A model generated the notes under the pieces. That model saw only the letters and a program-made list of their open reading frames with translations, was not told where the DNA came from and did not search any database. From positions 1-35,689 of the forward strand of contig LPNZ01011377.1 in NCBI GenBank assembly GCA_001655205.1: 35,689 nt of DNA, in the 5' to 3' direction. Each line of letters begins with the position of its first letter. The stretch's first letter is position 1. The DNA is from Lenisia limosa (lineage: Eukaryota > Protista > Breviatea). This document shows positions 10,801 to 22,900 of the stretch, piece after piece. A program made the translations under genes and the position numbers.

Positions 10801-13291
10801 CATTTGCCGCATCCTTCAACTTCACAATTTGCCTGTGAGAATTACTTCAGCCATGGTTAAAAACAACGGTATCATAAAGGCTTTCCTTCCGTTAAAATGA
10901 ATAAATTGTTAAATAGACCTCGCTATTTCCCGTGAAAGGAGTATTCGATACCCTACCCTTTGGCAGCATCCCTCTCCATTACAGCTTCCTGTAAGCTGTC
11001 CGACAGTCTCCGTCCTCTTCCCATTGCTGTGTCATAGTCAATGGTCATTCGGTTCAGTCGAATCTCAAAAGACTCTCTGAGGAACATAAGAATAGCAAAA
11101 CCAATCTGAATCCCTAATATAAACTGAGAAACCTCACGATGATTTTTGGTATTTTTCCAGTTCCAATTGACTGTGTTTGAAGTCAGCAGACAGATCTCTC
11201 AGATCACTGTTGGTATGTGACAAGTCATCTGAGAGCGTAAACAGAGAAACAAGCTCCTCTTGTTGATATATTTTCATTCGGATGACAAAAGGNNNNNNNN
11301 NNNNNNNNNNNNNNNNNNNNNNNNNNNNNNNNNNNNNNNNNNNNNNNNNNNNNNNNNNNNNNNNNNNNNNNNNNNNNNNNNNNNNNNNNNNNNNNNNNNN
11401 NNNNNNNNNNNNNNNNNNNNNNNNNNNNNNNNNNNNNNNNNNNNNNNNNNNNNNNNNNNGGCTGACAACAAACGAGGGTTGGGCACAACAAAACAACCAA
11501 AACCCAGGCCAGTCGCTTCTGCACCGCATCCCATCCCAGGGGGGATGATCCACTTCATACTTGCCAAATTGGACCTATCTTGCGCAAGTGAGTTGACCTC
11601 GGCCTTGAGTGATGCTATTTGTGAACGATCACTGAAGAGTCAGCTACAACAGGCAAGATTTAGCTACAATAGGGGATAATGCTCCAGAGAAGTGAAAATG
11701 ATTTTGATGACTTTTGTGTGAGGAGGTTCGCTTGAAAATTATCTCATAACTCAAGCCAGAACAACCAAACCCACTCTTTGCACATCTGTGACAGGTTTTC
11801 GAAGTTCGTCTGGACCTGGCTGAGGGCCGCAGTTCGGTCAGCTATGTCTGAAATGTCAGCTTCGATAATTTCTGTCATGTGTCTTCAAAAACATCGCATA
11901 GTTTCACTTACCGATAATTTATGACCATTAATAGACTCATAGAAATATCCCATTCTGTTCAACAGCTATGAAAAGATCCCTCACAGACCCTGTTTCTGCT
12001 CTTTGAGCTTAGAGGCCAGTATTTGGATTATTGCCTCGTCAGAGTCAGCATTCCTCATTTGCCGCTCGAACTACTGTGTAAGTTGCTGCATATGTCCGTC
12101 ATCATAAAGAAATGAGATACATATCTCTGTGGTCGGTTTCATTGAGCACAGGCAATATCTTCATCCCTACCAGCTCGTCCTTCTTGATTGCAGATTGTGG
12201 CCTATTTGTTGCCCCTGGTACACTATAAAGTCAGACCATAACAAAACTCAACTGTGCCAGTTGTGGCGCTCGTCAAATAAATAAACTAAAGAGAAGTCGT
12301 TACTTCTCAGAAAAAGACACTACCGATAGATTGCACAAAAGGGATGGAATATGTAATCAAGATGGTTTGATTGACAAGTGAGGGGAATAAATAAACAAGT
12401 GCATCCTTGCCCTATCATCTATCAACTCACTTCGGAAGCGCTGACCCTGAGTTCGAAGCTGCTATTGAGCGCGACATTTCAACCTGACTCTGCAAGGATG
12501 AGGGGGGGGGGNNNNNNNNNNNNNNNNNNNNNNNNNNNNNNNNNNNNNNNNNNNNNNNNNNNNNNNNNNNNNNNNNNNNNNNNNNNNNNNNNNNNNNNNN
12601 NNNNNNNNNNNNNNNNNNNNNNNNNNNNNNNNNNNNNNNNNNNNNNNNNNNNNNNNNNNNNNNNNNNNNNNNNNNNNNNNNNNNNNNNNNNNNNNNNNNN
12701 NNNNNNNNNNNNNNNNNNNNNNNNNNNNNNNNNNNNNNNNNNNNNNNNNNNNNNNNNNNNNNNNNGGAACCGATGGGGTCATCACAGCGCCCGATTTATC
12801 AATACCCGCCATCTTATAACGTACGAGTATTCAGTTATGAACGGGAAAATCAAATGGAATAACACTCCAAACAGTCCCCAACATTTGATAGATACTGCGA
12901 GGTCAAGAATATGAGCCATGTTCAAGATGGACATTTATGAAACAAAACGATGAGAGGATGGGTGATCATGCAATGCCCGCATACTCGAAGGTTGCGACCA
13001 GGCCTTGACATTTGCCAAGATGAGAAGCAAGTCGCTTCTATGCCCGAAGTGTGCAAGAAGTGTGTGAGCGTGGCTAAGTCTCTTCGCTTCAGATATATAT
13101 GCCTCCTAGCTTCAAGAGCAGCAAGGGCCTTGTGGAATTTTGCTGATCTTCAATTTCAATTTTTGATATGCTATCTGATTGTGTTTTTACAGTCAAGTTG
13201 CAGAGTTCTATTGTTTTTTGATAATTTTGATTTTAATTTTTTAAAAAACATTTCGGGTTGGAGTCAGAGCCGAGTCCGATTGTAGTAGCAT
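7823..13291 (-). CDS. Long coiled-coil protein with C-terminal C3HC4 RING finger (putative E3 ligase); both ends approximate
   Basis: Many short helical exons (FEELRRNLRNYQDKAQQSATEAEMLKNQ, RQALEKLAQEEEKARHFSESAERFQ, AENERVASLDASLASLTLQYTEVDQDRARLLADFR). Exons 8285-8238, 8181-8110, 8046-7960 join to GSLSCLECLRICEDAHVLVPCGHVFCKRCVKSSNSSVICSECDDD = C-x2-C-x12-C-x-H-x2-C-x2-C-x9-C-x2-C. Confidence 0.78.
9283..9361. mobile_element. Internally deleted second copy of the 3519-3619 MITE, intronic in the RING gene
   Basis: aaaatatcgatagttttccagggtttatcgagaagctcagtctatttttgaaccgaagtgaagccctg aligns with 3551-3619 at roughly 85 percent identity by eye; left arm reduced to taaggctt; right flank runs into a G-run and Ns. 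Confidence 0.75.
9368..9446. other. N-run, 79 nt
   Basis: Directly visible; follows a G-run. Confidence 1.
10244..10318. repeat. 38-bp-period tandem duplication in an intron pyrimidine tract
   Basis: agagagaaaacagatgacaaaatagt(g/a)caattgctca at 10244-10280 and 10282-10318, just upstream (minus strand) of the acceptor near 10230. Confidence 0.93.
11293..11459. other. N-run, 167 nt
   Basis: Directly visible; inside the RING gene. Confidence 1.
12512..12765. other. N-run, 254 nt
   Basis: Directly visible; follows a G-run. Confidence 1.
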
Positions 13292-13511
13292 ATCATATGT
13301 ATAATGGTGTACACTTTTGGGCCTTTGAGCCCAATTTGAGAATTTGAGCCCTTCGAAATACAACGTTTATTTATAAAATAATGTCACAATTACTTCATTG
13401 AAAGATTTTTTTGATCGCAAGAGTCACTCACTACTGGCGCTAAATCTCTTAATACAGTACTGAATACATACATAACATAATAATGGAAAACAGGATAAAA
13501 AGAAGAGTCGT

Positions 13512-16500
13512 CTAAAAACTCCAAATGGTCTCGTCTGGTACCGCTGCAATGAAACTGTAACTGTCTGCAGACTAGGGGGTGAGAAGAGTGAATATTCAAA
13601 TAAAATGGTCGGGGAAGTTGGGAGCAGTGAGTAAATTAAAATGCATGACTTGACTCATGAAGAAACAGTACATCAGGACTGTTACTATTACTATTATCAG
13701 TGCTAAATATGAGTCAACAGCTATCAAGTGCCATGCCTACTAAGAAAACAGGATTATCATCCCATCTGCATTCAAATGAAAAACCTATTTTGGATACTGT
13801 GCGAATAACTAGATGTGTGAGAAAGTTACTTCCACGTGCTTTTAGAAATAAGTCTGGCATGAGCGACAATATTCGGATTCATTGCTTCGCTCTCACCCAC
13901 CGCATATTGAAGAGCCGTTTTGGTTTTCCTCAAGAACAGTCACGTGAACTACTGGGGTGGTACTGAAGACGGTAGGGAACACTACTGTTTGCTAATTCGT
14001 AAAATAGAACAAACAAGGCACCTGATGACCCAATACAAGTAGCAGTATAAACTTGGGATTGACATTTGTTGCTCTCCATAAGAATAATCATAGATCCTAA
14101 CCAACCTCTGTGACAACACCATATTGGACTTTCGTGTAGTCAAATAAGTTGTTGTTCACAGGGAGTGCAAGGAAATTCAGCACATCAACCCTGCAAGATT
14201 AGCTTTCAGCGTTCGCGACTTGAAATCGATTTTCTCTTTCCTCAAATAGAAACTATGGGGGTGAAAATTGGAAAATTTATGAACACAAAAAGCCTAAAAT
14301 CAACTCTGTTGGATGACAACGCACAAAACAAACAAAGCCCAGTCAAGTCGCTTCTGCAGCACCACATCCCACCACAAACCATGAGGGGGGCAAACATATT
14401 TAGGGGGTATCAAAAGATAAGAAAAAAATACACCAGCTCATGACCATACCCACGTTTTAGTAATTTTGCTCGTGTCTTCAGTGAAGCATCTGACGCTCAC
14501 TTCGTTAACGCTACGTGGTTTGTCCCCACGGCACTAGAGGGTGGTTGTCAACATAAGTTTGATGGTTAATGCCAAAATACAACAAATAATCTATCAACAT
14601 GAAACAGTCCAAAACAACAGCTCATGCCACCCCCCCCCCTCCAACATCAAGGCTTTTAGTGATGTCACGAGATGTGGTCTCTCCTTGAAGGAAAACAACG
14701 GGGGGCGATGAGAAAGACGGGTATGTCATGAGACTGAAAGGGACGTTGTTGTACACTCCGCTCTGTTGGCTGATGAGATACAATGGGAATATATATCAGA
14801 TATTGATATGTTTGTATCGTATTTCTACAAAAATGCTCAACAATCCATATCACCATATAAACTGATCAATTCTGATCATATTAGCCCATCCCCACATAAG
14901 CAGCTGGAATGCTTGTGTGCTGTACAACAAAAACGGAGACCGAATCAGCAGCAGCGTTAGCCTGAAATATCACTTTCAATTTGGAAATTGGCATTAATCT
15001 GGCATTAATAAAAGAATTTCATCAATCCAAGCATCATATGTAGTAACGGATGTTTCTTGCACTCAAGAAACATACATTTTGATACCCGGTTGTCCACACG
15101 TGAACATGTGTGTCATTTCTACTGTGGAATGCCACTTGCAGAGGCTCTGTGGATGTCGTCTAAAATGTTAATAATTGGTGTTGTATGCATTATAATACAG
15201 CCTTTAATATCATAATAAGAGGTAGTAATAGAAGTCTCTGATTATCTTTCAGTGTACTAAGAATAATACAGTTGAAGTTGCGTACATCCTGGGCAGTAGC
15301 GAAGAGAAGGGGACTTTTGTACATCGAAATGTCGATCACAAAGTCATTGCCAGGTGACACCTAAAGGTCAGCTGGACAACTTTTAACATAAGGCGTGGAA
15401 AAAAATATTACGTTAACGGCAAGTGCAATTAATTGATAAACTAATTCCAAAAATTGAAGCGGGAAATCATTTCATAAACTTTGATTGCTAATTAAATACA
15501 AAAAAATTATTACACAGGGTTCTAGACAATATCATTACACGAGGTTCTAGACAATATTTTTTACACGGAATTCTAAACAATATTTTTTACACGGAGTTCT
15601 AAACAATATTGTTTTACACGGAGTTCTAGACAATATTGTTCACCCCTCCCATCAAAGCCTCAATAACCTGACATACCCCTGTACACACTCCCATGCCTAC
15701 ATAATTTGAAGCAGTGACCTTGATAGAAGGGACTGCAGCCTAAAAAGTGACACTCTTGATGGATACGAGATACTCAGGTCTCAGAACAGTAAGATGGGAG
15801 TAGTTCATCAAAAGGTCTCAGAACAATAAGATGGGAGTAGTTCATCAAAAAGTTTCAAGACCCATAGCAAAAGCAAGAAAACAGAGAGGAAAATCCATCA
15901 AACTCTTAAAGTGTTAATCTGGTCAACAATATCCTTCATTCCCTCCTCAAATGTCGCTACAACCTGAAAGTGACGATCTGAAAAAAAGTCTGCTCCAGCA
16001 CAGTAAGGAATAATTGTTAAAAGGAGGTCACACATACCTGGTTGAGGTATGCCAGATTAATGGCGTCTGTTGGCCCTGTCGGTGCATTGAGGATCCTAAA
16101 AAGGAATAATTGTTGGAGCTTTATGACAACAATGACCAGTGTGATATTGCTGTAACAGAGCTTATTTATCTTTTTTGGATACCAGGGATATGAGGTCCAA
16201 GAGTAAGAAAATGATGATGTTTTTCTTCGATTCAAACTTTAAGAATAGGAAGAGGCGAAATAGAGAGTGTAATTAATACCACAAAAGTTTGCTCATTTCG
16301 ATAGATACTCGCCAAACAGTCCCCTTCTTACTCGAGACTTTTTAATGAGTGTTGCCCATTTCCGTTGACAGCGAAACCTGACGACAGACCGACTCCCCTG
16401 AAAAGGTCAAGAGAAGAATAAATGACATAACATGCCCGTAAGGTGTGAAAGACAGCAATGTTTATGGTGGGGAGGGTGGAGATAAGAAGGTGCCAACTGA

Positions 16501-16569
16501 AACTCCAACCCAAATCCATACTTGACCCATTACTCACCAAAACAGCAATAGCAATAAACAACTGAACAT
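13512..16569 (-). CDS. Secreted 354-aa protein, 15 exons: signal peptide, YadA/tail-fibre-like neck motif, short coiled coil, three H-type-lectin-like repeats
   Basis: Exons 16569-16538, 16397-16332, 16236-16183, 16095-16038, 15963-15904, 15739-15701, 15360-15286, 15159-15076, 14961-14896, 14762-14646, 14533-14454, 14190-14106, 13991-13901, 13838-13741, 13571-13512 give one open frame (1065 nt), all GT-AG. MFSCLLLLLFWGVGLSSGFAV..SLDLNRRK..ILNAPTGPTDAINLAYLNQVVATFEEGMKDIVDQINTLR..MYKSPLLFATAQD..YPSFSSPPVVFLQG..VFPTVFSTTPVVHVTV..VSKIGFSFECRWDD..SYSFIAAVPDETIWSF*. Lectin label is motif-based. Confidence 0.75.
15510..15640. repeat. Intronic minisatellite, five copies of a 25-27 bp unit
   Basis: Consensus ttacacggagttctagacaatatt(g/t)tt starting at 15510, 15535, 15561, 15587, 15614; no unique spacers. 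Confidence 0.95.
15776..15849. repeat. 37-bp tandem duplication, intronic
   Basis: aggtctcagaaca(g/a)taagatgggagtagttcatcaaa at 15776-15812 and 15813-15849, one mismatch. Confidence 0.95.
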
Positions 16570-16913
16570 TTAGAAATTTAGAAAGAGAAACAACATCCAA
16601 AAAAAATCCAAAAAAAGCCCCACGGTCGCGAACTCGTGGTATGGATGTTGAGGCCTTCCCTTCCCTGGTCTCTTCTTCGCAAAAATGGGAAAGAAGAGAA
16701 TGTAGTTTAATTTTAAAGCGGAAGAGGGATGAGAAGAGGCAGTTTTCTGCCTTCAACACATTAAGCTGCTTAGTCGGCTATATTTATTGCTTCTTAAGTA
16801 CTTAACTTACTATTTAACGATTTAAAGGTTCAACTACTGAGATAGAGCTACAAAACCATAACCAAAGTCATATTCTTAGTAGGTCAGTTCCATCATCACC
16901 CCACCACCTCGTC
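16570..16913. promoter_or_regulatory. Probable bidirectional promoter (lectin-like gene / XPG)
   Basis: Divergent ATGs at 16569 (-) and 16914 (+), 344 bp apart. Geometry only. Confidence 0.45.
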
Positions 16914-19900
16914 ATGGGTGTCAAAGGCTTATGGGACATTGCTGCTCCTGGAGGCCGTGAGGCTTCTCAACGCGAAATTGTTGCAGGAAAAGTCGTTGCT
17001 ATTGGTGGGATTTAAATTTTGCTCATCAAAGGCAACTTGGTGTTGCTGCTTTTTGCTTGGCAATAAAAAGACTGAAGTACCCGTCAGTGGTAACGCCCTT
17101 TCAGACGCGTCAATTTGGCTGCATCAAGCCTTGAAAACCGGAACCAAGTCGGAAGAGGATGCTCATCGAAGGGCTCTGACAGTGGGTTGGAAATATGGAT
17201 TCACTTTGCTGTTTTATTACCATTTCAATTCAAACTACCAGGTTCTCTTGAAACGAATTGTCCTGGTCTTGCATTTAGGTGGCAAGCCAGTTGTGGTGTT
17301 TGATGGTTTATCTCCACCCTTGAAAGTCAAAACCTTGGTGAGCGAGCAATACATTCATCAGTAAAATAGCATTATCTTTTTGTTTTCTTTATTGTTTTGG
17401 TAACTTTGAATGACACTTATTTATAATTTAAACGTTTTTATGCTTTGCGACTTTCAAATTAACATAGTAGAAGCAACGAAAGAAGTTAAGGAACAAAATG
17501 CAAGATGAATATGATGTGGGTTTCTGGTGGAGGTTCATGATCTCTATTTATCTTCTATGAATTACAATATTATTCGAATTCCTAAAACCTTTCTTGGACA
17601 TGATTGAATATCTAAGTCCATGTACAAAAGTGTACTCTTAAATCGTCTGGTGAAAGTTCTTTCTTTGGCGTTCTCATTACCACAGATTGCCTCGAATAAG
17701 CTGCTGTCCGCAACCCTTCTCCAAGCAGCGGTTAAGGCCGTGAAGGAGGGAGCAACCTCAGATCAAAATGGTGAGTTGAATGATAACATTTCAAAAGATA
17801 ATCCAACTGGGATACCACAATTAGTACGCAAAATTATTGGTTCCGGTAACTATTCTTTAGATTTATCAGGCACAATTTTGTCCAAAGAAGTTGAGGAAAG
17901 GGAATCTGAGTTCAGTACCTGGATGGGGGGTTTGCCAAAAGAAGAGTCAGTACCAAGTAGCGGGGTGGCTGCCTTGGAGTTGGTTTATTCCTCTCCTTTT
18001 GGGAATATAGTATGATAAAGTATGCTATCTTATGCTATCGATCTGATTAATATTTATTGTCTTGTTGATATATCAACTCATGATGTGAGGAAGGCCTCCA
18101 TTTACTTTTCAGAAATTGGTGCTTTGGGATCTTCGTCTTATTTCCCGACAATTCCTGAGGTAAGATTTCAAAAGTCGTCTCCTTACCCCAAAGGCGGTCG
18201 TAGAGGTACCACAAGGGTTAAATAAGGTTATATTCTCGCAGCTGAAGCCTGAAGAGCAGATCAACATCGCCACAAAGGACAGAGTATCAGGGATGGATCA
18301 TGGTGCTTATCAACATAATTATCTTTTCATAGGAACCCCTTAAACATTTATGGTACTTAACGATATTAAGTCAGTCAAGAAATACTAATAATATCATAAT
18401 ACACATGGATATTTGGTAATCGAGATGTCATGAAGTATATCCTGTTTGATGTTCCATTTTTTGGAACAGTTTTGTCTTTTACGTTGTTTTTCCAATTGCA
18501 TAACTTCCTAGTTGAGAACAAATGAGCAAAAAGCCCAAATTCGGTTGAGTAGATTGGAAGGAAGTGAAGATGTGGGTGAAGGGATGCTTTTTTATTAGAT
18601 GATGGGCACATGTTGTCGTCCTCTCAAATCATTAAATTTGTACTCTGTGCATTTAATGAACATTTAATTTTGAAATTTGAAATGAGATATTTCTCCATTT
18701 CACACACTTAATTGAAAGTAATTTCCTCAATGTAATGAATTGCACATTGTACATGCATATTATATACGTCCCAAATTCCCAATATACTGTTTGGAGCAAG
18801 AGTGAAATTTCAGAATCCGCAGTCATTCAGTGAGATCCAAATGGCAAGCATTATCAAAGCTAACTTGGTAAGTTCCTATTTTTCAACCAAGTGGACTGTT
18901 TTACTGTGTTTAATTTAATCTATTTGCCTTGGCTTATCATCATATTGTTTATTTATAGACAAGGATATCTACTTAAAAGGCAATTACACCACCAGAACAA
19001 AGATGGCACATATCTCAATATGCCAAAGAAAAACGAAGTTCCAATTGAAGTGGGAACTAATGAAAAAGGCGAACAGTATTACATTCTCAGAGGTTGGGCG
19101 GTTTTCAACCGAATAACATGATGATTGCATAACTGTGACATGTACATACAGTTTTTTTGTTTCATAACTAAACACTCGATCAGTTCCCCCACCTACCCTA
19201 ATTTATCAGGCAAAGCTGCACGTGACGCTCATAAGGCCACAGCAGCGCATAATGCAACTGAATTTGACAGCTACATTGAAGAAACCGGGCAAAAAGACGA
19301 AGTTGCTGAGTTGGTGAAGGATGATGCCAGAAAAGCGAGGGTGACGTCCTACCACGCGTACTATGACAGTGAAAATGAGTCTGAATCAGACATTGATTTA
19401 CCTGTGGGAGGGTGAGAGTGTTTAGGGGGACTAATTTCGATATTGATATGATATAAGCTGTCTTATTATTTAGGACGAACCATCACAGACGGTTCAGAAA
19501 CCAACAGAAGATCTTGACAGCATCCTTTCTGATTTTGACTCCATCTTGACAACGCCCACACCCCAGTCCAAAGCCTTTCACTTTCCCTCAGTCCCAACAG
19601 TCTCATTACCATCACAGTCCCCGGCTCCTTACCCCTTATCCACTCAAACTAGGCCCCTTGATCGCTCTGCACCATCTTTACCTCAACCGAGTACCAGCAA
19701 GTTTTTTAACGAAGAGATGGGAGCAGGGTTCATGGCGGATTACGAGGTCAATAAAGCTGGTCTTGTACACGAGAGAAAACGGCTTGCAAAGCAGCCCGGA
19801 ATCAGGGATGAGCTATACAGTGACGAAGACGCTGAAGAGGCTCTCATGTTGATGCAAGATACCCCGCAGCTACGAGTGACCCCAAGCCTCCCTTCAACCA

Positions 19901-22900
19901 TTCTTTTAGAACCTTATATACCGCCAGAACCCGATTTTCTCTTTCAGTTTCCAAGTTCTTCAGAGTTGACATCCCAGCACAATAAGGAGGGCTCCATCCG
20001 CCATGCTTCTGTGCAGAATTTAAATCCATCTATTGGAATGAATGAACAGATATCAGCAGAAACGAAGTTACCCCCTTCATCACCATCCACACCTTCAAAG
20101 ATGCCACCATCGCAACCCTTCCATAACCGGCAGGCATTGCCTGCTGATCTTTCCAGTCTAATAAGAGCCCATGAATTGGAAGAACTCGACTTTAAGGAAG
20201 GTGACGATGTTGCCGCCCTTGGTCAAGGAGCTGAGTCTGGCATACTCGGCGAAGTTAGGAAAGAACACTATGATAAGATCCAAGAAGAAGATGACTTAGA
20301 TCAAGAGATCAGGGATGCCCTTTTAGAGTTTAAATCCGCCGCTGCCGCTGCTTTTGATGGCGATGAGCTGAAGAGTTTCACAGACAAGGTCAAGTCCAAA
20401 GCCCCAACAGGGGGTATACTGAAAGAAATGTTTAAACGGCCAGAATACTCCAAAAAGCGGAAGATTACCGAAAGAGAAAAGTTCGCGGGAAGACGATTGG
20501 CGAAGTTGCTGGATATTCGTGACAAGGGACTCCGAAATATTGAAGCCAAAAAAACGGTTTCCTCAGGCATGTCCTGGCTTGAAAGTGTTATGAAGGACAA
20601 GAACATCAATTTGGTGGACGAAGAACTGAAAGAAACGCAAAAAAGAAAGAGAAACAGAGTTCCAGAGTATCAACAAGGTGGCAAGGTAGATATTGATGCT
20701 ATTGTCCAACAAAAGCCAAAGAAGAAGGCCAAGCCAGAACCCACCCAATCTTTAATGCCGCGCCAACCTAATAAGGAAGTTTCTGATATCCTTTCTGAGC
20801 TCCCAATGACAAATGGCAAACCTAACACCAGCAAAATGACCCTTCTTCAGAAGGTGTTATATGCTGAGCTGAGCAACACAGATTCTAAAGAAGCTGGCCT
20901 GGGATTTAAGGTATTTGTGGTTTCTTGTCTTCTACTTTATCTTGATTTTTTGACTTTATAGAACATTGATAGAGAGATCAATATCGCAACTACCCAGCGC
21001 AATAAACAGAAGGAAAGAGCATCAAAGTTGGCAATATTGTTTATTTTCACTATGTACCTTAACTATCTCCATCATTTTACCAACCATTTTAGGGTTGATT
21101 ATTACGGTATGCCAACAAAGGACTTCATTGATCCTTATCTGGAGGACAAACGAGACTACTTGATGGTTCGCTTTTGCTATACCTGTGATACTTGTATTTG
21201 ATATTTGCCTATTTCAACTCCCGACCTTTTGACATGTCCAGACTGGTGGTGAGAAAAGGGACATCAACGTGTTTCTTGATAATAAAAGAGACCAGATTTT
21301 CCACCAGTACAAACATGCCCATATCACCAGTCGTGTCGAGGTATGAGAGGCCCAAAATAAACTCAGTGCATTTGTTGTAGTATCATAGCTAACTTATCAT
21401 ATTCACGGAAGATATTTGTAACGTATGCCTAGTTTGAAACAATATCTCTTAGAAGCGTGATGGTGTAGTCTGCTTTTGACATGAAACAATTATGTTTTAT
21501 TTCTCATCTCAATATATATATATATATAGTTTGAAGCCCCCGCGCCAGCCGTCCTGAATTCGGATGGTGAGGAGGACCTTAAGGACCCGAGTCTTATCGA
21601 CGTCACCGCCAGACGAATGTCTGCAAAGAAGGCCAGGGACTTCCTCTCAAGAATGGCTGGTTGGTGGTACAGTTGTAGATGGTGTCATTTCAGTTCCAAA
21701 AAGACGAATAAAAATATAATATTGATTATTGAGAATTGTCAAGTTCTATCCGAGATAAATAGACTCGTGTATTGTTTCAGCTTTTTGGCATTTTTATGCT
21801 TATTTTCATCATTTTCCCAACTCTCTAGGATCATCTCGAAAAGTCGATCAACCCAGAGAAGCCAAGCCTCTTCCTAAAGTTGAAACTGACGGCCAGCTCA
21901 TCTCCGACATTTGGACCAAAGCTCCTTCCAACATATCTGCGGCTGCCTACAGTGTCTCTTCGGATGTGGATCTGAGCATTTTTGATGACAACAACACAGC
22001 TTCTCACATTCCAATAGTTGCAGATGGTAATGGTGTTGCTGATGAAGAAGATGTTTTCGAGCTTTGTGACTGGCATGGTTCGGACCAGCTATCTAAGTCT
22101 TCCGCAATATCAGCAACTCTTCCCGGTGCCCTTCCAAGTCTCAAGCCTGTTGCTGACTCCGCTTTCATCGCCCCGCTTGCCCACAGTAGTGTAATTCCGG
22201 ACCTATTTGGCAAGCCTTCTATTAGTACTGTAAGTCCCGAAAAGGGAGCTGATGAGTTTGTGGACTCTATATTCAGTGATGATGACGATTGCCTTGATTT
22301 GGGATCAACAAATCATGAATTTCCGTTAAGTGCAATGATGAAGACTGAACAATCAGAAGATGTTGCTGAAACTGACGAGGCTATTCTGGAGCTACCTGAA
22401 GATAAAGACCTTTTCGCATCATCTGAGTCCGAATCTAACTCCCCAGAACCCTTGGATTCAATGACTGCTCCTTGTACCAGAGGAAGCAGTGTCAACCCGA
22501 ATACACTGATACAATCCATTTTTGGCAGTGATGAAGACGACCAGGCACAAGAAGGGGACGATGAAGGAGTATCCGTTGCCCAAAGGCTCAACATCGCTTC
22601 TGAAGCCAAGCTCAACGAACCTTCAGTCAGCATTCCTTCGATTGATGCTCGAGTTTCCGCCATTTCAGAGCATTTGAAGGTGGAAATGGAACAAGTCGCG
22701 GTGTTAACAGCTAAAAATTCCTTCCCCAAACATGTCTCAGCTTCTTCACTCGGGCATCAGCCTTATGCACAAGACCACCAGAATACTATTAAGACCAAGC
22801 TTCATGCGCAAGTTGATCAGTCGCCAAAGAAAGCCATTTCTTCCGAGCCATTGCCAGCTGATAAGCAAGAACAAGCTGAGAAAGAGGAACCCGCCAAGAA

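Noticed and set aside
15510-15640. CRISPR-like array
   Set aside because: Units abut with no unique spacers, no cas genes, eukaryotic intron context.
20301-22729. Antisense ORFs 20301-20609, 22004-22213, 22313-22729 (also 26933-27172)
   Set aside because: Shadows of long sense exons; no motifs or splice support.
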